Source: Macrostomum lignano (Eukaryota). Taken from it: DNA of 64,000 bases. The notes under the pieces are model-generated. The model ran no database searches, was not told the DNA's origin, and worked only from the letters and a program-made list of their open reading frames with translations. The DNA lies in contig NIVC01000971.1 in the NCBI GenBank assembly GCA_002269645.1, positions 1 through 64,000 of the forward strand. The letters are read 5' to 3'. This document shows positions 23,590-35,956 of this stretch, one piece after another; positions within the stretch are counted from its first letter, which is position 1; every line of letters starts with the position of its first letter. Made by a program: the position numbers and the translations under genes.

Positions 23590-24830
23590 TGGAGATTGAC
23601 AGAAGGGAGAGAAAAGGGGAATAAGGTAGGAATGAAAAGGGAGAGAGAAGAGAAAAGAAGAAAAAAGAGAAAGTAGAAGGTAGAAAGGAGAGATATGAAG
23701 GTAGAGAGAGAAGAGAGAACAGAGAGAAAAGAAATGAGAAAAAAGTAGCCTAGAAAGTAGAAAAAAGAAACTAGAAAGGAAAGAGAAGAGAGTAAAGATA
23801 AGAGTGTAGAGGTAGAGATGAGTTAAGAACTCAATTTAAGTCTTGATTGGCTGCAATGATAAAGATAAGCCGAATATTAATTAAATTGATGAATTTTAGC
23901 TTAAAGGAGATGATATATGGTGGATTGCAGTTTAATGGAGAGGATTTTTTATATCTATTTCACAAATAGGATTTTGATAGATTTCTGTTTTATATAAAGG
24001 ATTAAAGGGTAAAATGAAAGGGAATAGAGGAAAGAAAAGAGGAAATAAGAAATAAAAGATTTGATAAGAAAGAACATAAGAAGAGAGAGTGAAAGGGAGC
24101 AAATAGCCTAGGGCCTAGAGAAAAAAGGGAATGGAGACAAAGAAGAGATAATAGAGTCAAAAAGAGAGAGAAAAAGAAAAGAGATAGAAAAAATAGAAAA
24201 TATGAGGAATAAGAATTCTCTCTAAGAAGGTAGAGAGAATATAGGATATAATGACTAAATGCATATTATAGGCCTAGGCCTATGATTAGGATAATAGTAG
24301 GGCTTAGCTAAATTTAAGATATAAAATCCTAGCTAGGGGGGCCTATTCTAATAATATAATAAATAAACAAAACCTATTAATGAGTAAAAGTAATACAATA
24401 GGTTAGATCTATTCAAAGGTTAGCAAACATTTATCTAAAGGCCTAGATAAGAAATTCAAATGATACTTGCAGGCTAGATGAGAGTAGAAGAGAAGGAATA
24501 GAATCATAGATAAAAAGCAAGAAATAGGATAAGGGAAAAGATAAATGAGAAAAAGGGAGGAAAGAGAGAAGAAAAGAAAAGGGGAGAGGAAAAGGGAAGG
24601 GGTAAAAGAAGAAGAAGGAAAGAGGAGAAGGTGAAGAGGGAAGAAAGGAGAAAAAGGGAAGGGAAAGAAAGAAAGGAGGAAAAGGAAAAATGAGAGAAGG
24701 AAGAGAAACAATAAAAAAGGAAAGAGGAAAAAAGAAAGAGAAGGAAAGCCTAGGAAGAAGAAGGAAGGAATAGGAAGAGAAACAATAAAAAAGGAAAGAG
24801 AAAAAAAGAAAGAGCTGAGCAGAGACAAAA
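23590..24830. repeat. Purine-rich (GA/AAG) low-complexity tracts
   Basis: Long A/G-only stretches, especially 23590-23820 and 24480-24830. Confidence 0.8.
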
Positions 24831-25386
24831 GGCAATCCTACACTTCCGTTTGGTAAATTATTTTAACATTTGAATTCGTACCACCAAGTCAAATGACATT
24901 GATTGGCAATGTGTCTATGGCCAAAAGTTTGAGCAAACAGAGTTTAAGGGGGTGTCAGTTTAAAGGAAGCTGTTGCTTGTGAGCTGCTTGTTTTTTGAGC
25001 TTCAATTTCTCATATCTTCCTGTCTTCAGTGCCATGGCTGGGCGACCTGCAGCACCCGGGTTCATCATCCTGTTAAACGAGGTTCAAAACATCGCCAAGC
25101 TACTCAATCTCAACATGTCACTATGGGATCTGCACATCATCACCCAGGACACGCTGTCTACAATGCAGTGGGGCTATTGTCCATTTGGGGCTATCCTGTA
25201 CTGGATTGGACATTATTATCCATTGTAGACACCTTAATGACCTGCAGCCACTCTAAGTGACTATGCACTCTAACAGACTGCTACCATGTTCCACTGTTTC
25301 AGTTTTGTTTGGTTACATTGTTATTTAACACGCCTGTTCAAAATTCAGTGTCAAAATAATTTACCAAACGGAAGTGTAGGATTGCC
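24831..25386. mobile_element. MULE-like non-autonomous element
   Basis: TIR GGCAATCCTACACTTCCGTTTGGTAAATTATTT with its reverse complement at 25354-25386; 9-bp flanks gagacaaaa/aagacaaaa. Confidence 0.75.
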
Positions 25387-25635
25387 AAGACAAAAACCTT
25401 GAGCAAGCCAAATTGCTTTTATAAAGTTTCAAAGGACCTGACGACCAGATAGAAAGGCTTTGAGAGCTACGTAGTTGCAGACCAGAGTTTGATAACCTTT
25501 AGTCAAAGGCCCATATACTTATAATTATATAGAATAGGGCCTATAGATAATGAATTTCAAAGAAACTATTTATACTGGGTTTAACATCATTAAACGTTAG
25601 GCCTATAGAAAAAATTAGATATAGGGGGCCTAAAT

Positions 25636-26687
25636 CAAGGACTTCTAGACTAACAGGACGTAAAACTCAAAGATCGTGCAATTTTTTGGAGGCCACGATT
25701 TCCTGGAAAAAATACACTGCGAAGATAGGAAAAAATCAGTTTTTCGTCACAAAATCTGTGATTGTATTTGATCTGGGGCAGTGAAGACTACCATTCTTTT
25801 AATTTAACATGCACAATATGTTACTCTATTATATTTTCATATAGCTGTGTAGTGAAGTTTTCATTTTCATATTGTTTTCACTTTATTTCATAAGCCCAAA
25901 GTTGCAAACTCACAAGTGGCATTAGCCAAATATCAAATTCAAGAAAAGAAAAGCTATTCAAATTTGTAATATAATAATATTTTTAGCCTTTAAAATAAAA
26001 GTTATAAAAGGACTAATCAATGTTTTTTCTTATAGATACCTAGTAAAAATGGTTAGGGTCTATTTTTGTGATTGTCTATTCTTCTTAAATCTTAGTCCTA
26101 AATATAGGCTTGGCTTAAAAACTGATAATACAGCTTTCTCAAGCCTAGGTAACCAACCATATGAAACTATTTATTGGTAATCTATATATAATAAAAAAAT
26201 CTAAATTTATACTAATCTCTAAGTCATTGTCTAAATTTAATTACTTATTAGGCTAGATAGTGTAGTGATAGGTCTAGTTCTAGTAGGCCTACGAATTAGT
26301 ATAGTTACTAAACCTACAATAATAGCTTAAGACTAAGAGTACCTACATGCAATGTTTTTATACTTTAATTTTAAAAAGAACAATACAAAAAGTTTGGCTA
26401 ATGCCACTTGTGAGTTTGCAACTTTGGGCTTATGAAATAAAGTGAAAACAATATGAAAATGAAAACTTCACTACACAGCTATATGAAAATATAATAGAGT
26501 AACATATTGTGCATGTTAAATTAAAAGAATGGTAGTCTTCACTGCCCCAGATCAAATACAATCACAGATTTTGTGACGAAAAACTGATTTTTTCCTATCT
26601 TCGCAGTGTATTTTTTCCAGGAAATCGTGGCCTCCAAAAAATTGCACGATCTTTGAGTTTTACGTCCTGTTGGTCTAGAAGTCCTTG
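25636..26687. mobile_element. hAT-type MITE with about 295-bp TIRs
   Basis: Termini CAAGGACTTCTAGAC...GTCTAGAAGTCCTTG; perfect 8-bp TSD gcctaaat. Confidence 0.9.
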
Positions 26688-27462
26688 GCCTAAATTTGTC
26701 TTTAAATATAGATATGCAGGCCTACACAACAGCATTTATCAGCCTGTTCTAAATAGCCAAATACAAGGAAAGCTCAGAGTACGAGCGGCCACAAAATTTG
26801 TTTGAATACTTTGTCTGAACTGAATGATTAATGAATGTCTTGATTTAAGACTTGAGTTTACTGGACTGCAGAGCAAACAATAGGCCTACTCCAGTCTCAG
26901 TCGATTGACAATGACAATATCTATCTCAGGACGCGAGGTCTGACTCTGAGGACGGGGGGGGGAATAAAGGTGGTTATTACTTATTTGAGGGGTCAAGGGA
27001 CCTTTCTTTCTTTTGCTAGTAGACTAATAGTCGTAGTAGCCTACGATCAATGAGAATAGTGGCTCAGGCTGAACAGCCTGTTTGGCCAAAACGAGTTAAT
27101 CTGTATATTTTTATTTTCTGATAATCTTTGTTGAATAAACGAATATTTTCTATGAAACTATTGAACTTGAATTTGTTGGCATTGTAATCAAAATTGTATG
27201 CTCTTTTCGGCCGAGTTCCCATCGGTGCCAGAAATTCCGGAAATGCAAGTCGATTTAGACAAATTAGGGGTGCGATGGGAACTCCAGCTGCTGAGTTCCT
27301 CAGGCTCAGGGGTAGCTGTGGTCGTGGCTGAGTGGTCAAAGATAATGCTGTCCTTCAGAATGCAGGGCACACAGGATTTTTTTGCCAAAATTGTTTTTTA
27401 GTAGTTCGCTGCACTAAAACCGCTATAATTTGCCGAGAAAGGCCCTGAGACTTCCAGACTTG

Positions 27463-27985
27463 ATTACAACAACAACAAAATACGCTGTCAGGATGGCAAA
27501 AGTCAGTGTCACAGGGCGCGCTTCATGGCTTGGGCGCGAACAAAGGCCGCGCCACCGGCAGTGTCCGGGGCGCCGGCGTCAGCCAGCAGACAGTCGACAT
27601 AACGCCGAGTTCGCGCTTGACCTCGCCGGTAGGGTGCCTGCAGCGTGAGCAGCAGCACCTATAGCCTGCACCGGCTGTGGGCAGTACGACTCGGCGCGGA
27701 TGAGATGGCCTGCGAGCTGGAGTTGCCGACGGCGCAGTAGATCACTTGGACGTGGCAGGCCAGCGCGACGATAGTGCCGCGTTGATGACTCGCTCGACGC
27801 CGATGTTGAAGGCGGCGCGCAGCAGGCCAGCGTGCGCCGCATCGACTTGCTGTTCGAGTGAGTCCGTCAGCGTCCAGGTCTCGGCGTTGTACAGCAGGAC
27901 GGTCTCGATAACCGCCTGGAACAGGTCCGTGTCGCAGGTCCTCGCGAGCGTCTGGAACCAGACCGCCGAGGTAGACGAACTGCTG
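27463..27985 (-). mobile_element. RTE-type LINE 3' fragment
   Basis: Encodes LFQAVIETVLLYNAETWTLTD..LLRRRQLQLAGH; (TTG)n tail; same family as the copies at 31.7 and 37.5 kb. Confidence 0.8.
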
Positions 27986-29825
27986 ACTTGATTAGCTAGA
28001 ACTAAATGTAGTCTGAAACCTATCTTGGTTTTAAATCGCTCTGGATTAGATCAATGAAAATGCAATCCAAGGTCACGAAGTCTTTGGAGAAAAAATGATT
28101 TAGCTAGTATACTTCGCTCGATTTACACGCGTCAAATGGTGTTGATTATTACGGCAAAAGTTTATTTTGAAGATTGGCTTCACGCAAAACTAAATATAAT
28201 AAGTTGTACGCAATTAACTTTTGGCTTGCCAGCTTGGTCAGGCTTCGAGTATAATAAAAATGGGGGGCTGTGTTAATTGGTGTGGGTCGAGATTTTATAA
28301 TTTCCGATAGAGTCATGGCCAAGACTCAGAAAACGACATGCATATATACGCTATAACAGTAGATGCGTAGCAGATCTAAAAGCTTCGTGCATGGGATGTA
28401 GCAGTCACTCAGATAAACTTTCAATTTACTTGCCAGAATCTGTCAACCATACACGTTCGTGAACGCCGTTTAACCGTTACACATAGCTGTAATTTACAAT
28501 CACTTAAATCCCCGAAGCTTCTATAACTGCATGAGCTGCTCGAAAAATGGGGAGCAGACAGAAATACAACGGGCTCAGCAGGGCAGAATCGCCTCTGGTA
28601 AGACGATTCCGTCTACAGCCTGCAACGCACCATCTCTACCGCTGCGCATAATGCCACGCCAGAGAATGTACATTTGTCCGCTCGAGTGAAAGCAGGCAAC
28701 GAAACCTACAAGCAGTGGATGCCCTGGATGAACACAGAAACAAGCATGCAGACGCCGCCATTCCCACTGCTATAGGCCGTCTGACGCAGTCTGAGATGTC
28801 ATTTTCAGCATGAAGGATAGTTTCGTCAGTTAGACAGCCATGCAGCTTTACATGTAGCACCAACTGACATTGTGGAGCTTTCCCAACTGTCACGTTCGCA
28901 ACCGGCAAAGCGCAGGATTTGGACGAGTGGACTAGATAGTGACGTTCGGTCGTTTCTCTTTGTATGATACATGTACACACGTACAAATGTACACGAACTG
29001 AAATGGCGTGTTTTTTTGAGGACATGCGATTTTGCAGCATTTCTTGCAGCGAGGCATGTACACTTCAGCTCCAAGCCCTATAAATGTATTTATGTACATT
29101 AGGCGCGTTGTTTCAGGCGGTCGAAGCACGTTGACGAGTTAAATGCGGCAAACGTTGAACTGCTGAGATGTTTTAGAAGATCAGCAACCTGCAGTGAGTA
29201 GCCAACTGCTGACTATTGCAGGTACATTTACTCTTAGGAAGTACATGATTTACATGAATACTGATATATTTTATCATCTGCTACTACCCATGGTTACTAC
29301 CCAAATTACTACCTAAATCCAATAGATTCTGTCCGGAGCAAGCCATGATATGCCTATTGCGACTCTCTTTGATTTTTGTACGAGTACATCTCTCGTACAC
29401 TGTAGATTCTTAATATATTTATATGAAAAATATATAGCGAATAGCTAGCAAATTAAGGCTAAATCATAAACCAAAAAACTAAAACTAGTCCATTCTCATA
29501 GCTTTAGGTGGAAAAACAATTAAACAACTAATTAACTGGCCGAAATTGATTCAACATTAGTGCATGCAATTGATGAATTAATTATCTACTCGAATTACAT
29601 GCAATATCAAAAATATCAATCAAATCAACAACATGAATAAAACCGCGTTTCATATTTAGCTAATGCTTCAATCAGGCCCAGCTAAAGTATAGGTGGCTGT
29701 TATTGGCTACGAACAAAACTACGCGCTTGGCTGCTGTTTCAAAAAATACTCCGTTCAGCAATCCGTCGCATACGAGTACGTCGGCCCACGTTTTCGACAT
29801 CTTATCGACGTCTCTGGCAAACGGA

Positions 29826-30145
29826 CAGGGGCGTCGCCACGTGGGGGGGGCAGGGGGAAATGTCCCCCCAGTAAAAGATCTGGGGGGACATGCCAATGCT
29901 TTTCCCCCTCACCCCACCTTGTGACCGACCCGTTATGGAAATCAATAATTTTGCTGCAGGGCGACAAAACATAGCGCCTGCGGCACTAAAATGAGCGCCT
30001 GCGGCTCTAAAATGAGTGACTGCGGCGCTAAAATAATTGCTAAAAACACCGATTCTGAAAATAATGTACATGTAGGATAGTCATGTACATGCATATGTAG
30101 AATTCTTGGTTTTGACCCCCCATAAAATCCATGGCGACGCCCCTG
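29826..30145. mobile_element. hAT-type MITE
   Basis: TIR CAGGGGCGTCGCCA / TGGCGACGCCCCTG; 8-bp flanks caaacgga/caaacggg. Confidence 0.8.
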
Positions 30146-30580
30146 CAAACGGGTACCTTTACATTACACCGATGCTCAGTCGACGAAGGCCGTCGAGTCG
30201 TTAGCCAGAGTGATGTAAACAGACCCATTTTCCAGCAACATCCATTGCCGCTGGAACGTTGCACATGTATAATTTAGCTAGAATAATTGACAATAATATA
30301 TTGTTGCATATGTTGTATTCGAATAGTTAAGTCGGCCGGCACCTGGAATACAATGTGTATACATGTACTGTTACGTAAGCGTCGTGTGTAATGGTTTTGA
30401 TATTATTGCCACCCACTAGAAGATAAATTATACTTCTCAAATATAAACTAGACACAAATTTTTTTTACTAACTAGTGATTTATGAACTAAGGAAATTTTA
30501 CCTATTTGATAATAAATATGATGCGCGCTTATTGCAATACGGTCACTCTTCTGTCAACCAACCGATATGAATCGGCTCGA

Positions 30581-30968
30581 TCAGAACCTCGCCAGCTCCT
30601 GCTCAGCAGCTGCCAACTTCTCCATCCGGTCTGCCAGGTGTCGCCTCTTTGCGCTAATCAGGGGATTCTCCTCGCGCAGCTTGTCGAACAGCGGCTGCGG
30701 CTCCGTGACGAGGACGATGAGCGACTCGCGCAGCTTTTCAGACATCTTGTGCAGCATGTAGTGCATGACTGCCAGGGTGATGGTGTCCTGCAGGCGCCTC
30801 ACAGCAACTCGAATGTACGCCTCGGCTCCTTCCAGCACTCGCTGAGTGTTGCGCTCGACGATGTCCTGCATTGTCGCGGCCGGCTTCTCCGAGCTGATCG
30901 AAGCCTCCCCGCTCTTGCCTCCCGACTCCGGCTTGCGGTGCTGCAGGCGGAGCTTCTCGTTGTACGGC
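30581..30968 (-). CDS. Mx: Mx-like GTPase, last exon (GED); acceptor approximate
   Basis: Reads AYIRVAVRRLQDTITLAVMHYML...LREENPLISAKRRHLADRMEKLAAAEQELARF*, a typical GTPase effector domain. Confidence 0.8.
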
Positions 30969-31699
30969 CTGCAGTGGTGGCGATGGCGGAGACGGTTCTG
31001 TTCAGCGAAGTGAGACCCAGGATTCTCTCACATTGGATTTAAGACTGCAGAGATTATGCAGAGCCCGATTGCTGTTGGGGGCAAAGCCATGGATCAAGCC
31101 ATAAGGGGCAGAGCAGCTCGATCAGCGGTAAACGCATCTGACACTCCTGGTTCGATTCCGTGAGCCACCACTTAGCGGGCATTGCATTTAATACCGTTAC
31201 AGTCTGCAGAGACCAATTTACAAACGAACAAGCCATTTATGAATATTTCATTATCGCGTTTTGATATCAGAATATACGTTGTGATTTAACCTCAATAGAT
31301 TGTTATAGCTTTTCAGATATTGTAAGCTGCTCGTAGAGTAACTGAGAAGAATTATTGCACCGGTTGCTACGAGTACCAGCTGGACCAGCTGGACAGCTGC
31401 TTGAATTGGATTTGCAGCTATTGGGCCAGATGATGTTGGTCTATACCCGATCTGACAAGACAGCATGCAGTGTATCTTTTGTATTCCTAGCGCTGCACTC
31501 GTATGCTAAAATTTAGCGACGAATGCAGGTGGTTAAAGGACAAGTCGCGTTGTGGCAATAAAATTTGATGTCCACATCTGATCTTGCATCTACGATATGC
31601 ATCTGCGTGTTCGAGCGTATACAGCGCTGATATGCAGCACAGGCAGAGATTATTAAAGGCATTTCGTCAGCACCTATGTATGTGTATTTTACTGCCATA

Positions 31700-32370
31700 A
31701 GCGGATGCTGGATGGCCTGACGGCAGCAGCAACGCGAGTCGGCCTCATGCTGAACGCGCGGAAGACGGTATAGTCTTCATGGTGCCCTCCGACCTGCCTG
31801 CCGAGATCAACTATCGACACGCTGCCGGGGAGGCAATCATGCTTACCCGCTACCAGCGGTTCCTGTACCTCGGCGTTCTCGTGCCGGGCATTGCCGACGA
31901 CGTGATGAGACGACGAGGACTAAGCCTGGGCCGCGTTTCGTTCTGTACGCTCCGTGCTACATTCTGTGGCCCTGGATGAAGGGCTCAGGGCTCGGCTGTT
32001 TCAGGCAGTCGTTGAGACTATCTTGTTGTTACAACGCCGAAACGTGGACCCTGACGGACGCCTTGGAGAGGCAGCTGGACGCAGCGCATGCGGCCATGCT
32101 GCGTGCGGAGTTCGGAGTGCGCAACGGTCCAGGTAGAGAGACCAACGCCACGCTCTACACAAGGGCACTCCTGGATGCGGCCCTCTGACCTGCTGCGCGG
32201 GCGACATCTTCGACTGGCAGGCCACGTCATGGCCGGTTGGAGGCCCTCTGTCCTGAGCCGACCATCAAAGTACTGCTGTTCAAGCTGCAGGGACCACGCA
32301 GGCGAGGCCAAGGGCGAACGGCGAGATGCCCTGACAGGCTTTTGACCGATGCTTGGGCCCGGGACCAAGC
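31700..32370 (+). mobile_element. Degenerate RTE LINE fragment in an Mx intron (antisense)
   Basis: Contains RLFQAVVETILL.YNAETWTLTDALERQLDAAH with frameshifts. Confidence 0.8.
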
Positions 32371-32625
32371 TGGAGGTTTTTTAGGGCTATGACCCAGAGA
32401 CGCGCTCTCTGACTTCTCCACCCTTCTGGCTACTGTGTGACTGGCGGGTGAAGTATTTTGTTGTTTTACTGCATTCAATTACTACATGTGAACAAAAACA
32501 TCCGATATGTGCATGTAAAGTACTTTAAATTCAATATCCAATTTGACTTACAGTGTGTTGGATAAAGTTACAAGTCAAGAATTCAAGCAGATAAAACAAA
32601 AATGCATTCATAAATCTGCACTTAC

Positions 32626-32986
32626 TTGTCCTTTTCCAGCAGGAAAATTCTGTCCTGCGTGAAGACGAACTCCTCCTCCGTGAAGATGTTCCTGATTTGC
32701 TCCCTGGCAAGATCTACCTGCCCGGTTCTGATGCCCTCGCACACCTCCTTGATGAACTGGTTGAACGTTGGATAGTCGCCGAAGACAAGATCGGCGAGGG
32801 TTCGCATTGTCTCGTCGACCTCCTGATTGACAGAGACCAAGAAGTTGCTGCAGGGCTCCCGGACCAGCTTGAGAAAGTGGTTGCGCACGAGCCGCTCCAC
32901 CACAGGGTACACGTTGTCGAATCCTGGCAGCTCGCAGCCCCTCTGCTCCTCGATGTCCTTCTTGGCCGCCTCCCACATCGCAGTAA
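32626..32986 (-). CDS. Mx: Mx-like GTPase, exon 5 (stalk)
   Basis: Contains RGCELPGF and EEFVFTQD (Mx stalk motifs); phase-1 acceptor, donor AA|GTAAGT. Confidence 0.85.
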
Positions 32987-32987
32987 C

Positions 32988-33845
32988 TGCGTAAACGGGA
33001 ATGGCATTGCAACTGATAGGGAGTCTGAGCTGTAATGTCACTGTGTCAACGGGAATGGCATTGCAACTGATAGGGATTCTGTGCTGTAATGTCACTGTGT
33101 CAACGGGAATGGCATTGCAACTGATAGGGATTCTGTGCTGTAATGTCACTGTGTCAACGGGAATGGCATTGCAACTGATAGGGATTCTGTGCTGTAATGT
33201 CACTGTGTAAACGGGAATAGCATTGTAATTGATAGGGACTCTGTGCTGTAATGTCACTGTGTAAACGGGAATAGCATTGCAACTGATAGGGATTCTGTGT
33301 TGTAATGTCTCTGTGTAAACGGGAATAGCATTGCAACTGATAGGGATTCTGTGTTGTAATGTCACTGTGTAAACGGGAATAGCATTGCAACTGATAGGGA
33401 TTCTGTGTTGTAATGTCACTGTGTAAACGGGAATAGCATTGCAACTGATAGGGATTCTGTGCTGTAATGTCACTGTGTAAACGGGAATGGCATTGCAACT
33501 GATAGGGATTCTGTGTTGTAATGTCACTGTGTGAACGGGAATAGCATTGCAACTGATAGGGATTCTGTGTTGTAATGTCACTGTGTAAACGGGAATGGCA
33601 TTGCAACTGATAGGGATTCTGTGTTGTAATGTCACTGTGTGAACGGGAATAGCATTGCAACTGATAGGGATTCTGTGTTGTAATGTCACTGTGTAAACGG
33701 GAATAGCATTGCAACTGATAGGGATTCTGTGTTGTAATGTCTCTGTGTAAACAGGAATAGCACTGTAATTGATAGGGATTCTGTGCTGTAATTTCACTGT
33801 GTAAACGGGAATAGCATTGCAACTGATAGGGACTCTGTGCTGTAC
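32988..33845. repeat. 54-bp minisatellite, about 16 copies, abutting the Mx exon 5 acceptor
   Basis: Unit translates as LQHRIPISCNAIPVYTVT in the 391-aa ORF 32622-33797. Confidence 0.95.
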
Positions 33846-34154
33846 TGTATGTCAACTGAATTTAGTCTAGCTCTGCTATCACTAATTCTATATTTACTGC
33901 GAAATAGAAGGAGTACATCTCAAGAACCTCTAAAAGTTCCGGTGTTTTGTATTTTAAACAAAGCAGCACGAAATATCTCTTTGCGCTTGCAGATACGGGT
34001 CTTCAAATCATTAGCCATTTAATGCGGCTGTTGCATGTACGTCCTGATTACTAACATAATAACTTAATCATGTTTTGGAATTCTTCATCCGATTTCTCAT
34101 AACTGCATCTCATATGCCGACAAACTCATATCGATAAGAGCGTATCGGTCTTAC

Positions 34155-34392
34155 CGTCACTGCGATCTGAGAAGGCGCACTGCTCAATCTCGTCAGCCAG
34201 TGTCTCCCAGTGCTTGCGGCAGCGACCAAACAGCCTGTCTGGCTCGTGACGATGCGTTCCAGTGGAAACATTGGCGAAATCTGTTGCAAATTTGTTGAGC
34301 ATCCTTGCTAGAAGGCCTTTCATTTCGTCATTGTGTTCAGGAGGACCTTCACCGATGGATTCCAGTTGTTTGCATATATCCTCTCTTTTCAC
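34155..34392 (-). CDS. Mx: Mx-like GTPase, exon 4
   Basis: Reads VKREDICKQLESIGEGPP...AFSDRSD; phase-1 donor G|GTAAGA. Confidence 0.8.
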
Positions 34393-34488
34393 CTTTCAAA
34401 AACAAAATGATTTTTGTTATGGATCAAACCTAACCATTTTTAAAGTACACCGTAGTCATACTGCTAAAATTACCAAAACAGTATATAC

Positions 34489-34972
34489 CTGGATCTCTCT
34501 CATCAGCTCAGGGATGTTGTGTTTGATGGCGTCGTAGAGCTCGCTGCTCAGCTTCACCGCCAGAGTCTTGGTTCCATACTCGAATTTGTCCAGCGCCCTG
34601 AAGTGCCGATGGGTCCGGAAGAACACTTCCTCCTCCCTGGCCGCCTGCTGCAGGCTCATGTTGTCCTTCAGCTGCTGCGGTGTTCGGCACCTCACGGAGA
34701 CGTAGCCCTTCTTCAACGGAATCTTCCGGTTTTGCATGAGCGCCATGACTTCTGATTCAGAGCCCGGGTTGACCAGGTCAGGACAGGTGAGAACTCCGAT
34801 TGTTCGCTTCGATTCCGGGTCGACCTCTTTGGCTAGGGAGAGAGCCTCAACTGTCTCGATGTCTACGTGGCACGGGATGACAACCAGTATGATGACTTCT
34901 GGCTTTTGTATATAACTCATGATGAGAGATTTCGTTATGCCCGCCACGGCATATCCAGAATCGGCGGAGAAT
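34489..34972 (-). CDS. Mx: Mx-like GTPase, exon 3
   Basis: Contains IILVVIPCHVDIETVEALSLAKEVDPESKRTIGVLTCPDLV (G4 region) and KGYVSVRCR; donor CAG|GTATAT. Confidence 0.9.
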
Positions 34973-35063
34973 CTGTTTAGTATTTTGTGCATACAACATT
35001 GCAATTAAAACATGCGAGTGTTCGGCTAGATGTACATGTAGATAAAAATGAAAAGTTACTCAC

Positions 35064-35255
35064 CGAGCAATCCCCGGCAGATCAATAAGCGTCAAGTCGG
35101 GCGACTCGGGGCTCTCAACCCAAAGCTCAATGATGTGCTCAGATATCTCCCCAGGAGAACTTGTCATCTCATTTTGAGCCTCTCTGATTGCCTGTCCAAT
35201 CTCGGGCGATGCGTTGAGGTTCTTTTCTTTATTCTGTCCTGACTTTGTTTGGTAT
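35064..35255 (-). CDS. Mx: Mx-like GTPase, exon 2
   Basis: Reads ...ESPESPDLTLIDLPGIAR (G3 motif); AG/GTGAGT, phase 2-2. Confidence 0.9.
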
Positions 35256-35441
35256 CTGGAGAGAACAAAGACATTTCTTATGCTTCAGTTTTACTGACGG
35301 ATGGATTCATTCTGCTAAAACAAAATGACCCATAACTGTCGTGCTGTTCTGCTGGGTGGTCTGCTCGTTAGTACACATTATTCTACAGAGTACGTACATA
35401 CATGTATTATGCTTCCAATATATCAGAATAAAAAGCTTTAC

Positions 35442-35956
35442 TTAATCCGTGCCGACCATCCAGGCTCGTCCCTGCTCCGCATGCTGAGCATTAGAGGGCA
35501 CCGGGTTACAATGCCTGTTCCGCGTGGAAGCTCAACGCCCGAAATGGCCTCGAGGACGGAAGACTTGCCGACGGACTGGTCGCCCACAACTGCGATCGCT
35601 GGTAGCCGAATATCCCTCTGCAAGCCTTGAGCTCGAAGACAGTCGATGGCATCCAGGCAAGGCTTTAGGCATTCTCGGAACGCCTTTCCCAGCTCAGGAG
35701 AGAACGCGCCGTCTTCAGCGGCTGCCTGGTCAGATGACGGAATTGGTCGCGATTCTTGTCCGCCGTATTCAGCACTGCTGCCAATGCTGCTTCCTCCGTC
35801 GATGCCCGAATCGCCATAAATTGATGCGGAGCTTCTGGAGCCAAAACCTTTTCCATCCCTATCCACTTGCAATTTTTGATGCGACGAAGCCTGGCTTCCA
35901 CTTCGAAAGGCTTGCGACTCTGTTTGCATTATGGGAACAGTGCCGGCCAGAAACAT
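35442..35956 (-). CDS. Mx: Mx-like dynamin GTPase, exon 1 (start codon uncertain)
   Basis: Contains [38 protein letters not shown] (G1/G2 motifs); donor AA|GTAAAG. Confidence 0.9.

Noticed and set aside
24409-24835. Phe/Leu/Ser-rich membrane-protein-like ORFs
   Set aside because: They are the reverse complement of a purine tract; the same applies to 50459-50668 and 6598-6879.
28140-29460. Possible coding or transposase relic
   Set aside because: Manual translation of the parts examined gave no recognisable motif or consistent frame; the same holds for 36170-36700 and 7828-8259.
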